Virus record (IMG/VR): IMGVR_UViG_2913192161_000005
Span: 1-32,770 of that record
DNA from: a virus
Lineage: Duplodnaviria; Heunggongvirae; Uroviricota; Caudoviricetes
Length of the DNA stretch: 32,770 nucleotides
Strand: one strand, 5' to 3'
The translations under genes and the position numbers were made by a program. Position 1 is the stretch's first letter; each line of letters begins with the position of its first letter. A model generated the notes under the pieces. The model made no database searches and was not told where the DNA came from. It worked only from the letters and a program-made list of their open reading frames with translations. Of this stretch, positions 7,622 through 16,899 are shown in pieces.

Positions 7622-8284
7622 ATGCTTTGGAAAGTGATTACATTTGTACTTGTCGGTGTTTGTATTTTTGTTCTCGGCTTATGGCTAGGTTCTATTCAGG
7701 CTGAATGGTCGAAACCAGAGCATAAAGATGCTGTTGCTTATTTAACTATGATAGGCGGATGGGTCTCAGGAATTGCAACATCAATAGCAGTAATTGTTTC
7801 ACTGTATGCGACATATCAATCATCACAAAATAATATTGAAAAATTAGCTTTATTCTATAAGCCTTACCCGAGCGATAATAATGAAAATTACTGTGCAAAT
7901 GTTGAAGTGAAGAATATGCGGAGTGTTTCGGCGCATATACAAGAGTTTTGTTTGGAAATTAGTGGGGTAGATGGTCACATCAATATAAACAAACTAAAAG
8001 CTAATGGGCTACGAATCCCGTATTCTTTATGCCAAATAGGCGAAGTATGGGAGTTTGCTTTTTATCCTGCTGCAAGTCAGAAAAATATGAAGTTCTATCA
8101 TGAACTGAGTGTTAATGGGAGTCCAACTTTCCGAAGTGGTTTCTTTGTGGTTAAAACATCAATGAAGCAATACAAACTAAGGATACCTAAAGTGTTGTTG
8201 AGAATGATGAAAGCTAACTATGAAAAACAAATAAAAATACGGGAGATGTATAAGGAAATGCATGGTAAAGATATGGATATATAA
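7622..8284 (+). CDS. Cargo membrane protein, two N-terminal TM helices plus about 150-aa soluble domain, 220 aa
   Basis: ORF 7622..8284 with GAGG upstream. Hydrophobic stretches VITFVLVGVCIFVLGLWLGSI and VAYLTMIGGWVSGIATSIAVIVSLYA. Strongly AT-rich. Confidence 0.6.
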   Translation: MLWKVITFVLVGVCIFVLGLWLGSIQAEWSKPEHKDAVAYLTMIGGWVSGIATSIAVIVSLYATYQSSQNNIEKLALFYKPYPSDNNENYCANVEVKNMRSVSAHIQEFCLEISGVDGHININKLKANGLRIPYSLCQIGEVWEFAFYPAASQKNMKFYHELSVNGSPTFRSGFFVVKTSMKQYKLRIPKVLLRMMKANYEKQIKIREMYKEMHGKDMDI

Positions 8285-8407
8285 GACGCATTAAATAGCA
8301 TCAAATTGCATGGTTTTTCCTCCCCTGCAGTGAGTGAGCGCCACCAGTGCTGGCGCGTCTCCGACGTGTTTGTGCAACTGCATTAAAACCGACCCATGAA
8401 GCGGGCG

Positions 8408-8426
8408 GGCGAGGCGGGGAAAGCAC
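8408..8426. other. cos cohesive-end site (P2-type 19-nt cos)
   Basis: ggcgaggcggggaaagcac matches the P2/P4 cohesive-end sequence as I recall it. Located in the GC-rich intergenic region immediately beyond the 3' end of Q, as in P2. Confidence 0.65.
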
Positions 8427-8568
8427 TGCGCGCTGGCGGTGGTGCTGATTTTATTTTTTCAGCGTCTGAGCGCGTCGTGACGGCGTTTGGATTGTGCGCC
8501 GGGGCGTTGGTGGGTCTGCGGGATGTTTTGTGCGGTGGTGAGCGTGTGAGGGCGTGATGACGGGGTGT

Positions 8569-8589
8569 AAAAAGCCGCCCGCAGGCGGC
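8569..8589 (-). terminator. Intrinsic terminator downstream of Q
   Basis: Stem gccgcc/ggcggc (8574-8579 and 8584-8589) with loop cgca, followed on the minus strand by a T-run (plus-strand aaaaa at 8569-8573); 6 bp beyond the Q stop. Confidence 0.5.
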
Positions 8590-8594
8590 GATGT

Positions 8595-9629
8595 TCAGCC
8601 GTTGTCAGTGTCCAGTGAGTAGTTTTTAAAGCGGATGACCTCCTGACCGAGCCAGCCGTTTATCTCGCGGATCCTGTCCTGTAACGGGATAAGTTCATTG
8701 CGGACAAAGACCTTTGCCACTTTCTCAATATCACCCAGCGACCCGACGTTCTCCGGCTTGCCGCCCATCAACTGAAAGGGGATGCGGTGCGCGTCCAGCA
8801 GGTCAGCGGCGCTGGCTTTTTTGATATTAAAAAAATCGTCCTTCGTTGCCACTTCACTGAGCGGGATAATTTTAATGCCGTCGGCTTTCCCCTGCGGGGC
8901 ATAGAGAAACAGATTTTTAAAGTTGTTGCGGCCTTTCGACTTAACCATGTTTTCGCGAAGCATTTCGATATCGTTGCGATCCTGCACGGCATCGGTGACG
9001 TACATGATGTATCCGGCATGTGCGCCGTTTTCGTAATACTTGCGGCGGAACAGCGTGGCCGACTCATTCAGCCAGGCAGAGTTAAGGGCGCTGAGATATT
9101 CCGGCAGGCCGTACAGCTCCTGATTAATATCCGGCTCCAGCAGGTGAAACACGGAGCCGGGCGTGAAAGGTGTCGGCTCGTTGAAGGACGGCACCCACCA
9201 GTAAACATCCTCTTCCACACCACGGCGGGTATATTTTGCCGGTGAGGTTTCCAGTCTGATGACCTTACCGGTGGTGCTGTAACGCTTTTCCAGAAACGCA
9301 TTACCGAACACCAGAAAATCCAGCACAAAGCGGCTGAAATCCTGCTGGGAAAGCCACGGGTGCGGGATAAATGTCGAGGCCAGAATATTGCGTTTGACGT
9401 AAATCGGTGAGCTGTGATGCACGGCAGCACGCAGACTTTTTGCCAGACCGGTAAAGCTGACCGGCGGCTCATACCATCTGCCGTTACTGATGCATTCTAC
9501 GTAATCCAGAATGTCACGGCGGTCGAGTACCGGCACCGGCTCGCCAAAGGTGAATGCCTCCATTTTCAGGGCGCTGGCGGTCATTGTTTTTGCCGCAGGT
9601 TGCGGTGTTTTCCCTTTTTTCTTACTCAT
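8595..9629 (-). CDS. Q: Portal protein (P2 gpQ), 344 aa
   Basis: ORF 8595..9629 minus. Size and position match P2 Q (first leftward gene beside cos, upstream stop overlaps as TGATG with P). Confidence 0.92.
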   Translation of the reverse strand: MSKKKGKTPQPAAKTMTASALKMEAFTFGEPVPVLDRRDILDYVECISNGRWYEPPVSFTGLAKSLRAAVHHSSPIYVKRNILASTFIPHPWLSQQDFSRFVLDFLVFGNAFLEKRYSTTGKVIRLETSPAKYTRRGVEEDVYWWVPSFNEPTPFTPGSVFHLLEPDINQELYGLPEYLSALNSAWLNESATLFRRKYYENGAHAGYIMYVTDAVQDRNDIEMLRENMVKSKGRNNFKNLFLYAPQGKADGIKIIPLSEVATKDDFFNIKKASAADLLDAHRIPFQLMGGKPENVGSLGDIEKVAKVFVRNELIPLQDRIREINGWLGQEVIRFKNYSLDTDNG

Positions 9630-11401
9630 CAGTAAAACTCCAGAATGGTGGATGTCAGCGGGGTGCTGATACCGGCGGTGAGTGGCTCATTTAACAGGGC
9701 GTGCATGGTCGCCCAGGCGAGGTCGGCGTGGCTGGCTTCCTCGCTGCGGCTGGCCTCATAGGTGGCGCTGCGTCCGCTGCTGGTCATGGTCTTGCGGATA
9801 GCCATAAACGAGCTGGTGATGTCGGTGGCGCTGACGTCATATTCCAGACAGCCACGGCGGATAACGTCTTTGGCCTTGAGCACCATTGCGGTTTTCATTT
9901 CCGGCGTGTAGCGGATGTCGCGCGCGGCGGGATAGAACGAGCGCACGAGCTGGAACACGCCGACACCGAGGCCGGTGGCATCAATTCCGATGTATTCGAC
10001 GTTATATTTTTCGGTGAGTTTGCGGATGGATTCCGCCTGGGTGGCAAAGTCCATGCCTTTCCACTGGTGACGCTCAAGTATTCTGAATTTGCCACCGGCC
10101 ACCACCGGCGGTGCCAGCACCACGCATCCGGCACTGTCGCCACGGTGTGACGGGTCGTAACCAATCCAGACCGGGCGGGAGCCGAACGGATTCGCGGCAA
10201 ACGGCGCATAGTCTTCCCATTCTTCCAGCGTGTCGACCATGCAGCGTTGCAGCTCCTCGAACGGGAATACCGACGCCTTGTCGTCAACAAATTCACACAT
10301 GAACAGGTTTTTAAAATCGTCGGCGCTGTTTTCACGTTTGAGCTGCTCAATGTCGAACAGCGTGCAGCCGCCTTTCAGCGCGTCCTCAATGGTGACAATC
10401 TGCCGCCACTGGCCGTCTGCACAGAGAAGCCCACCGGCAAGGGCGTTATGACTGACGTCGATTTCCACGCGTTCGGCGGCGCTGGCGCGTCCCCGGTTAA
10501 ACAGTTCACCCGACCAGAACGGGTAGGCGTCGTGCGCCAGCGTGGACGGGGTGGAGAAATAGGTCGAGCGCAGGTGACTCTGTGAGGCCATACCTGATGC
10601 CACCTTACGCAGTACCTGAAAATTCGGGATCCAGAAAATCTCGTCGACGTACAGGTCGCCGTTATGGCTCTGTGCGGTGTTGGAGTTGGTGCCGAGAAAA
10701 ATCAGTTTTGCGCCGTTATTGCCCAGGACAATCGGGTCACCGGTCAGGTCAACGTCAACCAGCCGGGCAAAGGCGATGATGTATTCGCGGAACACATACG
10801 CCTGCGTTTTACTGGCCGACAGAAAAATCTGGTTATGACCGGTTTTCAGGGCGCGCAGCAGCGCCTCGCGGGAAAAATAAAACGTCGCGCCAATCTGGCG
10901 GGATTTCAGAATATCGCGGATGCGGTGCTCAAGCCCGGCGCGATACCAGTGCAACTGATAGTCGAAAGACTGCTCAAAGAAAATCTGCTCCAGCTTTTCG
11001 ATGGCCTTGTCACTGAAAAAATTCTTTTTCAGTTTGCGCCGCCCGCCTTTGTTGCGGTTAGCGACGTTCGGATTAAGGTCTGCCTCGTTGCCGGTCTGAC
11101 TGTAACGGTTTACCCGTGCCAGTCGTTCAATCTGGCGTCCCAGCAGGTCAATTTCCTTGAAGTCACCGCCGGTTTTCTGCGGTTTGATGATGAGCTGGGT
11201 CAGCCGCGCTTCCAGACTCATTTCGACACGGCTGATGGGGGCAACGCTGTCCCAGCCGTCGCGCTGTTTCCAGCTCTGCACCGTCGGGCGTTTCATCTGC
11301 AACATGGCGGCAATCTGCGGCACGGAAAACCCCTGCCAGTACAGCAGCGCCGCCTGACGACGTGGGTCGTGTAAAAGAGTGGTGTCTGTGGTGATGGTCA
11401 T
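9629..11401 (-). CDS. P: Terminase large (ATPase) subunit (P2 gpP), 590 aa
   Basis: ORF track 9629..11431; ATG at 11401 (MTITTDTTLLHDPRRQ...) has GAGGT 5 nt upstream and gives 590 aa, the length I recall for P2 P. Divergent from O as in P2. Confidence 0.92.
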   Translation of the reverse strand: MTITTDTTLLHDPRRQAALLYWQGFSVPQIAAMLQMKRPTVQSWKQRDGWDSVAPISRVEMSLEARLTQLIIKPQKTGGDFKEIDLLGRQIERLARVNRYSQTGNEADLNPNVANRNKGGRRKLKKNFFSDKAIEKLEQIFFEQSFDYQLHWYRAGLEHRIRDILKSRQIGATFYFSREALLRALKTGHNQIFLSASKTQAYVFREYIIAFARLVDVDLTGDPIVLGNNGAKLIFLGTNSNTAQSHNGDLYVDEIFWIPNFQVLRKVASGMASQSHLRSTYFSTPSTLAHDAYPFWSGELFNRGRASAAERVEIDVSHNALAGGLLCADGQWRQIVTIEDALKGGCTLFDIEQLKRENSADDFKNLFMCEFVDDKASVFPFEELQRCMVDTLEEWEDYAPFAANPFGSRPVWIGYDPSHRGDSAGCVVLAPPVVAGGKFRILERHQWKGMDFATQAESIRKLTEKYNVEYIGIDATGLGVGVFQLVRSFYPAARDIRYTPEMKTAMVLKAKDVIRRGCLEYDVSATDITSSFMAIRKTMTSSGRSATYEASRSEEASHADLAWATMHALLNEPLTAGISTPLTSTILEFY

Positions 11402-11574
11402 GAATACCTCGCCGTGATGAATACACGGCAAGGCTACTGAGTCGCGCCCCGCGATTCGCTAAGGTGCTGTTGTGTCAGTGATAAGCCATCCGGGACTGAT
11501 GGCGGAGGATGCGCATCGTCGGGAAACTGATGCCGACATGTGACTCCTCTAATCACTATTCAGGACTCCTGACA

Positions 11575-12429
11575 ATGGCAAAAAAAGTCTCAAAATTCTT
11601 TCGTATCGGCGTTGAGGGTGACACCTGTGACGGGCGTGTCATCAGTGCGCAGGATATTCAGGAAATGGCCGAAACCTTTGACCCGCGTGTCTATGGTTGC
11701 CGCATTAACCTGGAACATCTGCGCGGCATCCTGCCTGACGGTATTTTTAAGCGTTATGGCGATGTGGTCGAACTGAAGGCCGAAAAGATTGACGACGATT
11801 CGGCGCTGAAGGGCAAATGGGCGTTGTTTGCAAAAATCACCCCGACCGATGACCTTATCGCGATGAACAAGGCCGCGCAGAAGGTCTACACCTCAATGGA
11901 AATTCAGCCGAACTTTGCCAACACCGGCAAATGTTATCTGGTGGGGCTGGCCGTCACCGATGACCCGGCAAGCCTCGGCACGGAATACCTGGAATTCTGC
12001 CGCACGGCAAAACACAACCCCCTGAACCGCTTCAAATTAAGCCCTGAAAACCTGATTTCAGTGGCAACGCCCGTTGAGCTGGAATTTGAAGACCTGCCTG
12101 AAACCGTATTCACCGCCCTGACCGAAAAGGTGAAATCCATTTTTGGCCGCAAACAGGCCAGCGATGACGCCCGTCTGAATGACGTGCATGAAGCGGTGAC
12201 CGCTGTTGCTGAACATGTGCAGGAAAAACTGAGCGCCACTGAGCAGCGCCTCGCTGAGATGGAAACTGCCTTTTCCGCACTTAAGCAGGAGGTGACTGAC
12301 AGGGCGGATGAAACCAGCCAGGCATTTACCCGCCTGAAAAACAGTCTCGACAACACCGAAAGTCTGACCCAGCAGCGCCGCAGCAAGGCCACCGGCGGTG
12401 GCGGTGACGCCCTGATGACGAACTGCTGA
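11575..12429 (+). CDS. O: Capsid scaffolding protein (P2 gpO), 284 aa
   Basis: ORF track 11509..12429; ATG at 11575 gives MAKKVSKFFRIGVEGDTCDG..., matching my recollection of P2 O, and a length of 284 aa. Confidence 0.9.
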   Translation: MAKKVSKFFRIGVEGDTCDGRVISAQDIQEMAETFDPRVYGCRINLEHLRGILPDGIFKRYGDVVELKAEKIDDDSALKGKWALFAKITPTDDLIAMNKAAQKVYTSMEIQPNFANTGKCYLVGLAVTDDPASLGTEYLEFCRTAKHNPLNRFKLSPENLISVATPVELEFEDLPETVFTALTEKVKSIFGRKQASDDARLNDVHEAVTAVAEHVQEKLSATEQRLAEMETAFSALKQEVTDRADETSQAFTRLKNSLDNTESLTQQRRSKATGGGGDALMTNC

Positions 12430-12486
12430 CCGTGTCAGTCAGTCCGGGAAAACCTTCACGATTAACCCTTAATTTCAGGAAAAACT

Positions 12487-13560
12487 ATGCGCCAGGAAAC
12501 CCGCTTTAAATTTAATGCCTACCTGTCCCGTGTTGCCGAACTGAACGGCATCGACGCCGGTGATGTGTCGAAAAAATTCACCGTTGAACCGTCGGTCACC
12601 CAGACCCTGATGAACACCATGCAGGAGTCCTCTGATTTTCTGACCCGCATCAATATTGTGCCGGTCAGCGAAATGAAAGGGGAAAAAATTGGTATCGGTG
12701 TCACCGGCTCCATCGCCAGCACCACCGACACCGCCGGTGGCACCGAGCGTCAGCCGAAGGACTTCTCGAAGCTGGCGTCCAACAAGTACGAATGCGACCA
12801 GGTTAACTTCGATTTTTATATCCGCTACAAAACGCTGGACCTGTGGGCGCGTTATCAGGATTTCCAGCTCCGTATCCGTAACGCCATTATCAAACGCCAG
12901 TCCCTTGATTTCATCATGGCCGGTTTTAACGGCGTGAAGCGTGCCGAAACCTCTGACCGCAGCAGCAATCCGATGCTGCAGGATGTGGCAGTCGGCTGGC
13001 TGCAGAAATACCGCAATGAAGCCCCGGCGCGCGTGATGAGCAAGGTCACTGACGAGGAAGGCCGCACCACCTCTGAGGTCATCCGCGTGGGTAAGGGCGG
13101 TGATTATGCCAGCCTTGACGCGCTGGTGATGGATGCGACCAACAACCTGATTGAACCGTGGTATCAGGAAGACCCTGACCTTGTGGTGATTGTGGGTCGC
13201 CAGCTACTGGCGGACAAGTATTTCCCCATCGTCAACAAGGAGCAGGACAACAGCGAAATGCTGGCCGCTGACGTCATCATCAGTCAGAAACGCATCGGTA
13301 ACCTGCCGGCGGTACGCGTTCCGTACTTCCCGGCGGATGCGATGCTCATCACGAAGCTGGAAAATCTGTCCATCTACTACATGGATGACAGCCATCGCCG
13401 CGTGATTGTGGAAAACCCGAAACTCGACCGCGTGGAGAACTACGAGTCAATGAACATTGATTACGTGGTGGAAGACTACGCCGCCGGTTGTCTGGTGGAA
13501 AAAATTAAGGTCGGTGATTTCTCCACACCGGCTAAAGCGACCGCAGAGCCGGGAGCGTAA
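12487..13560 (+). CDS. N: Major capsid protein (P2 gpN), 357 aa
   Basis: ORF 12487..13560 with AGGA upstream; size and position as P2 N. Confidence 0.93.
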   Translation: MRQETRFKFNAYLSRVAELNGIDAGDVSKKFTVEPSVTQTLMNTMQESSDFLTRINIVPVSEMKGEKIGIGVTGSIASTTDTAGGTERQPKDFSKLASNKYECDQVNFDFYIRYKTLDLWARYQDFQLRIRNAIIKRQSLDFIMAGFNGVKRAETSDRSSNPMLQDVAVGWLQKYRNEAPARVMSKVTDEEGRTTSEVIRVGKGGDYASLDALVMDATNNLIEPWYQEDPDLVVIVGRQLLADKYFPIVNKEQDNSEMLAADVIISQKRIGNLPAVRVPYFPADAMLITKLENLSIYYMDDSHRRVIVENPKLDRVENYESMNIDYVVEDYAAGCLVEKIKVGDFSTPAKATAEPGA

Positions 13561-13563
13561 CCG

Positions 13564-14307
13564 ATGACGAGTCCCGCACAGCGCCACATGATGCGGGTCT
13601 CGGCAGCGATGACCGCGCAGCGGGAAGCCGCCCCGCTGCGACATGCAACTGTCTATGAGCAGATGCTGGTCAAGCTGGCCGCAGACCAGCGCACACTGAA
13701 AGCGATTTATTCAAAAGAGCTGAAGGCCGCGAAAAAGCGCGAACTGCTGCCGTTCTGGTTGCCGTGGGTGAGCGGCGTGCTGGAGCAGGGCAAAGGCGCA
13801 CAGGATGACATTCTGATGACGGTCATGCTGTGGCGTCTGGATACCGGCGATATTGCCGGTGCGCTGGAGATTGCCCGTTATGCCCTGAAGTACGGTCTGA
13901 CCATGCCGGGTAAACACCGCCGTACCCCGCCGTACATGTTCACCGAGGAGGTCGCGCTCGCGGCCATGCGCGCCCACGCTGCCGGTGAGTCTGTGGATCC
14001 CCGCCTGCTGACGGACACCCTTGAACTGACCGCCACGGCTGACATGCCTGATGAAGTGCGCGCAAAGCTGCACAAAATCACCGGTCTGTTTCTGCGTGAC
14101 GCTGGTGATGCCGCAGGGGCGCTGGCGCATCTGCAACGTGCGACACAGCTCGACTGTCAGGCAGGCGTCAAAAAAGAGATTGAACGACTGGAGCGGGAGC
14201 TGAAACCGAAGCCGGAGCCGCAGCCAAAAGCGGCCACCCGTACCCCGCGTAAGACCCGGAGCGTGACACCGGCAAAACGTGGACGCCCGAAAAAGAAAGC
14301 CAGTTAA
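13564..14307 (+). CDS. M: Terminase small / endonuclease subunit (P2 gpM), 247 aa
   Basis: ORF 13564..14307 directly after N; size as P2 M; basic Lys/Arg/Pro-rich C-terminal tail. Confidence 0.9.
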   Translation: MTSPAQRHMMRVSAAMTAQREAAPLRHATVYEQMLVKLAADQRTLKAIYSKELKAAKKRELLPFWLPWVSGVLEQGKGAQDDILMTVMLWRLDTGDIAGALEIARYALKYGLTMPGKHRRTPPYMFTEEVALAAMRAHAAGESVDPRLLTDTLELTATADMPDEVRAKLHKITGLFLRDAGDAAGALAHLQRATQLDCQAGVKKEIERLERELKPKPEPQPKAATRTPRKTRSVTPAKRGRPKKKAS

Positions 14308-14406
14308 CAACCGAATGCGCCCCGCGCCAGGGCGGCACGCCGGTCAGTGAGGGTGAATCACCTGACACTGCACCGGCGTCCACCGCCCGACTTTTCAGAG
14401 GTAGTC

Positions 14407-14916
14407 ATGATGACGCTGATTATTCCGCGAAAGGAGGCTCCCGTGTCCGGTGAGGGTACGGTGGTCATCCCGCAACCGGCAGGCGACGAGCCGGTGATTA
14501 AAAACACGTTCTTTTTTCCCGATATCGACCCGAAGCGCGTCCGGGAACGTATGCGCCTTGAGCAGACCGTCGCCCCCGCCCGTCTGCGTGAGGCCATCAA
14601 GTCAGGCATGGCGGAGACGAATGCGGAGCTGTACGAGTACCGCGAACAGAAAATTGCCGCCGGTTTTACGCGTCTGGCGGACGTTCCGGCGGACGACATC
14701 GACGGTGAAAGCATCAAAGTTTTTTACTACGAGCGCGCCGTGTGTGCGATGGCGACCGCGTCGCTTTATGAGCGTTACCGCGGCGTGGATGCCAGTGCCA
14801 AGGGCGACAAGAAGGCCGACAGCATTGACAGCACCATTGATGAGCTGTGGCGGGATATGCGCTGGGCGGTGGCGCGTATCCAGGACAAGCCGCGCTGCAT
14901 CGTGAGTCAAATCTGA
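14407..14916 (+). CDS. L: Head completion/stabilisation protein (P2 gpL), 169 aa
   Basis: ORF track 14347..14916 (GTG); ATG at 14407 with GAGGT upstream gives 169 aa as P2 L. Confidence 0.88.
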   Translation: MMTLIIPRKEAPVSGEGTVVIPQPAGDEPVIKNTFFFPDIDPKRVRERMRLEQTVAPARLREAIKSGMAETNAELYEYREQKIAAGFTRLADVPADDIDGESIKVFYYERAVCAMATASLYERYRGVDASAKGDKKADSIDSTIDELWRDMRWAVARIQDKPRCIVSQI

Positions 14917-15119
14917 TGAAGACCTTTGCGCTACAGGGCGACACGCTCGACGCCATTTGTGTCCGGTATTACGGGCGCACTGAGGGCGTGGTTGAGACCG
15001 TGCTCGCCGCAAATCCGGGACTGGCTGAACTGGGTGCGGTGCTGCCGCACGGCACCGCCGTCGAACTGCCCGACGTTCAGACCGCGCCCGTAGCTGAAAC
15101 TGTCAATCTGTGGGAGTAA
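14916..15119 (+). CDS. X: Tail protein X (LysM-like), 67 aa
   Basis: ATG at 14916 overlapping the L stop (TGATG) within ORF 14847..15119; MKTFALQGDTLDAICVRYYGRTEGV...; size as P2 X. Confidence 0.85.
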   Translation: MKTFALQGDTLDAICVRYYGRTEGVVETVLAANPGLAELGAVLPHGTAVELPDVQTAPVAETVNLWE

Positions 15120-15122
15120 CGC

Positions 15123-15404
15123 ATGACAGCAGAAGAAAAAAGCGTCCTGTCGCTTTTCATGATTGGGGTGCTGATTGTTGTCGGCAAGGTGCTTGCCGGT
15201 GGTGAACCCATCACCCCGCGTCTGTTTATCGGGCGCATGTTGCTCGGTGGTTTTGTCTCGATGGTTGCCGGTGTTGTTCTGGTGCAGTTTCCTGACCTGT
15301 CACTGCCTGCGGTGTGCGGCATCGGATCCATGCTGGGTATCGCCGGTTATCAGGTGATTGAGATTGCCATTCAGCGCCGTTTTAAGGGCAGGGGGAAACC
15401 GTAA
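15123..15404 (+). CDS. Y: Holin (P2 gpY), 93 aa
   Basis: ORF 15123..15404; hydrophobic TM segments (LSLFMIGVLIVVGKVLAGG, MLLGGFVSMVAGVVLVQF); precedes endolysin. Confidence 0.85.
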   Translation: MTAEEKSVLSLFMIGVLIVVGKVLAGGEPITPRLFIGRMLLGGFVSMVAGVVLVQFPDLSLPAVCGIGSMLGIAGYQVIEIAIQRRFKGRGKP

Positions 15405-15901
15405 TGCCGGTAATTAACACGCATCAGAATATCGCCGCCTTTCTCGACATGCTGGCCGTGTCCGAAGGGACGGCGAACCATCCGCTGACGAAAAACCGGG
15501 GCTATGACGTGATAGTCACCGGACTGGACGGAAAGCCGGAAATTTTCACCGACTACAGTGACCACCCGTTCGCACATGGTCGACCGGCGAAGGTGTTTAA
15601 CCGTCGCGGTGAAAAATCCACGGCCTCCGGTCGCTATCAGCAGCTTTACCTGTTCTGGCCACACTACCGCAAACAGCTTGCCCTGCCGGATTTCAGTCCG
15701 TTGTCACAGGACAGACTCGCCATTCAGTTGATCCGCGAACGCGGTGCACTGGAGGACATTCGGGCGGGACGCATTGAGCGCGCCATTTCACGCTGTCGCA
15801 ATATCTGGGCGTCCCTGCCGGGTGCCGGTTACGGTCAGCGTGAGCATTCACTGGAAAAACTGGTCACCGTCTGGCGTACCGCCGGCGGTGTACCGGCTTA
15901 A
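15404..15901 (+). CDS. K: Endolysin (P2 gpK), 165 aa
   Basis: ORF 15404..15901, start overlapping Y stop (TAATG); size and position as P2 K. Confidence 0.88.
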   Translation: MPVINTHQNIAAFLDMLAVSEGTANHPLTKNRGYDVIVTGLDGKPEIFTDYSDHPFAHGRPAKVFNRRGEKSTASGRYQQLYLFWPHYRKQLALPDFSPLSQDRLAIQLIRERGALEDIRAGRIERAISRCRNIWASLPGAGYGQREHSLEKLVTVWRTAGGVPA

Positions 15902-15915
15902 ACGGAGTCAACACC

Positions 15916-16341
15916 ATGAAGAAATTATCCCTTTCACTGATGCTGAACGTGTCGCTGGCGCTGATGCTGGCACTGTCCCTGATTTACCCGCAGAGCGTGG
16001 CCGTCAATTTTGTCGCTGCCTGGGCGATTCTGGCGACGGTTATCTGTGTGGTTGCCGGCGGTGTCGGCGTGTATGCCACAGAGTATGTACTGGAACGCTA
16101 CGGGCGGGAGCTGCCGCCGGAATCGCTGGCCGTGAAGATTGTCACGTCGCTGTTTTTGCAGCCGGTGCCGTGGCGCAGACGGGCGGTGGCTCTGGTGGTG
16201 ATGGTGGCGACATTTATCTCGCTGGTCGCTGCCGGGTGGATTTTTACCGCGCTGATTTATCTCGTGGCGTCGCTGTTTTTCCGGCTGATACGTACGGCCT
16301 GCCGTCAGCGTTTTGAGGGGCGGGAACCATGTCAAAGCTGA
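15916..16341 (+). CDS. lysA: LysA, multi-TM lysis timing protein (antiholin-like), 141 aa
   Basis: ORF 15916..16341 with GGAG upstream; several hydrophobic helices; size and position as P2 LysA. Confidence 0.8.
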   Translation: MKKLSLSLMLNVSLALMLALSLIYPQSVAVNFVAAWAILATVICVVAGGVGVYATEYVLERYGRELPPESLAVKIVTSLFLQPVPWRRRAVALVVMVATFISLVAAGWIFTALIYLVASLFFRLIRTACRQRFEGREPCQS

Positions 16342-16754
16342 TGATTGTGCTGGTTGTGTTGTTATCGCTGGCGGTGGCCGGGCTGTTTCTGGTGAAGCAT
16401 GAAAACGCCAGCCTGCGCGCCTCGCTGGACAGGGCGAACAACGTCGCCAGCGGGCAGCAGACGACCATCACCATGCTGAAAAATCAGCTTCATGTTGCCA
16501 TCACCAGGGCAGATAAAAACGAGCTGGCGCAGGTTGCACTGCGTCAGGAGCTGGAGAACACCGCGAAGCGTGAAGCACAGCGCGAGAAAACCATCACGAG
16601 GTTACTGAATGAAAACGAAGATTTCCGCCGCTGGTACGGTGCTGACCTGCCTGATGCTGTGCGCCGGTTGCACCAGCGTCCGGCCTGCACTGACGCCAGT
16701 GATTGTCCACAACGCCTGCCCGAAAGTGAGTCTTTGCCCGATGCCGGGCAGTGA
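16329..16754 (+). CDS. lysB: LysB, inner-membrane spanin (Rz-like), 141 aa
   Basis: ORF 16329..16754; N-terminal TM MSKLMIVLVVLLSLAVAGLFLV followed by a charged, coiled-coil-like region. Confidence 0.8.
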   Translation: MSKLMIVLVVLLSLAVAGLFLVKHENASLRASLDRANNVASGQQTTITMLKNQLHVAITRADKNELAQVALRQELENTAKREAQREKTITRLLNENEDFRRWYGADLPDAVRRLHQRPACTDASDCPQRLPESESLPDAGQ

Positions 16755-16899
16755 CCCGCAGAAGAACGGCGATTTAAGTGCCGATATCCGGCAGCTTGAG
16801 AACGCGCTGGCACGTTGTGCCAGCCAGGTAAAAATGATTAAACACTGTCAGGACGAAAACGATGCTCAAACCCGACAGCCTGCGCAGGGCACTGACTGA
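16609..16899 (+). CDS. lysC: LysC, outer-membrane lipoprotein spanin (Rz1-like), 96 aa; starts inside lysB in another frame
   Basis: ORF 16609..16899 overlapping the 3' end of lysB in a different frame; signal peptide with lipobox (VLTCLMLCAGC). Confidence 0.72.
   Translation: MKTKISAAGTVLTCLMLCAGCTSVRPALTPVIVHNACPKVSLCPMPGSDPQKNGDLSADIRQLENALARCASQVKMIKHCQDENDAQTRQPAQGTD

Noticed and set aside
8341-8362. Short hairpin gcgcca-ccagtgc-tggcgc downstream of the last cargo gene, considered as a terminator
   Set aside because: The 6-bp stem is not followed by a T-run; more likely part of the GC-rich cos-flanking packaging region.
5898-8594. Retron (msr-msd plus reverse transcriptase) at the tin/old position, as seen in some P2-like prophages
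   Set aside because: No ORF in this interval has reverse-transcriptase size or motifs (no YxDD-type signature seen); the structured repeats are two separate copies, not an msr-msd unit next to an RT.
8768-11426. Overlapping ORFs on both strands within the portal and terminase genes (for example 8787..9245 +, 9068..9472 -, 9701..10150 +, 10664..11374 +)
   Set aside because: Nested inside Q and P; Pro/Arg/Ala-rich translations are typical of GC-rich out-of-frame reading, not real genes.
15744-16474. ORFs overlapping lysA on both strands (15744..16316 +, 15934..16335 -, 16244..16474 -)
   Set aside because: Nested in the lysis cassette whose frames are supported by synteny, TM helices and lipobox features; these alternatives are GC-rich artefacts.
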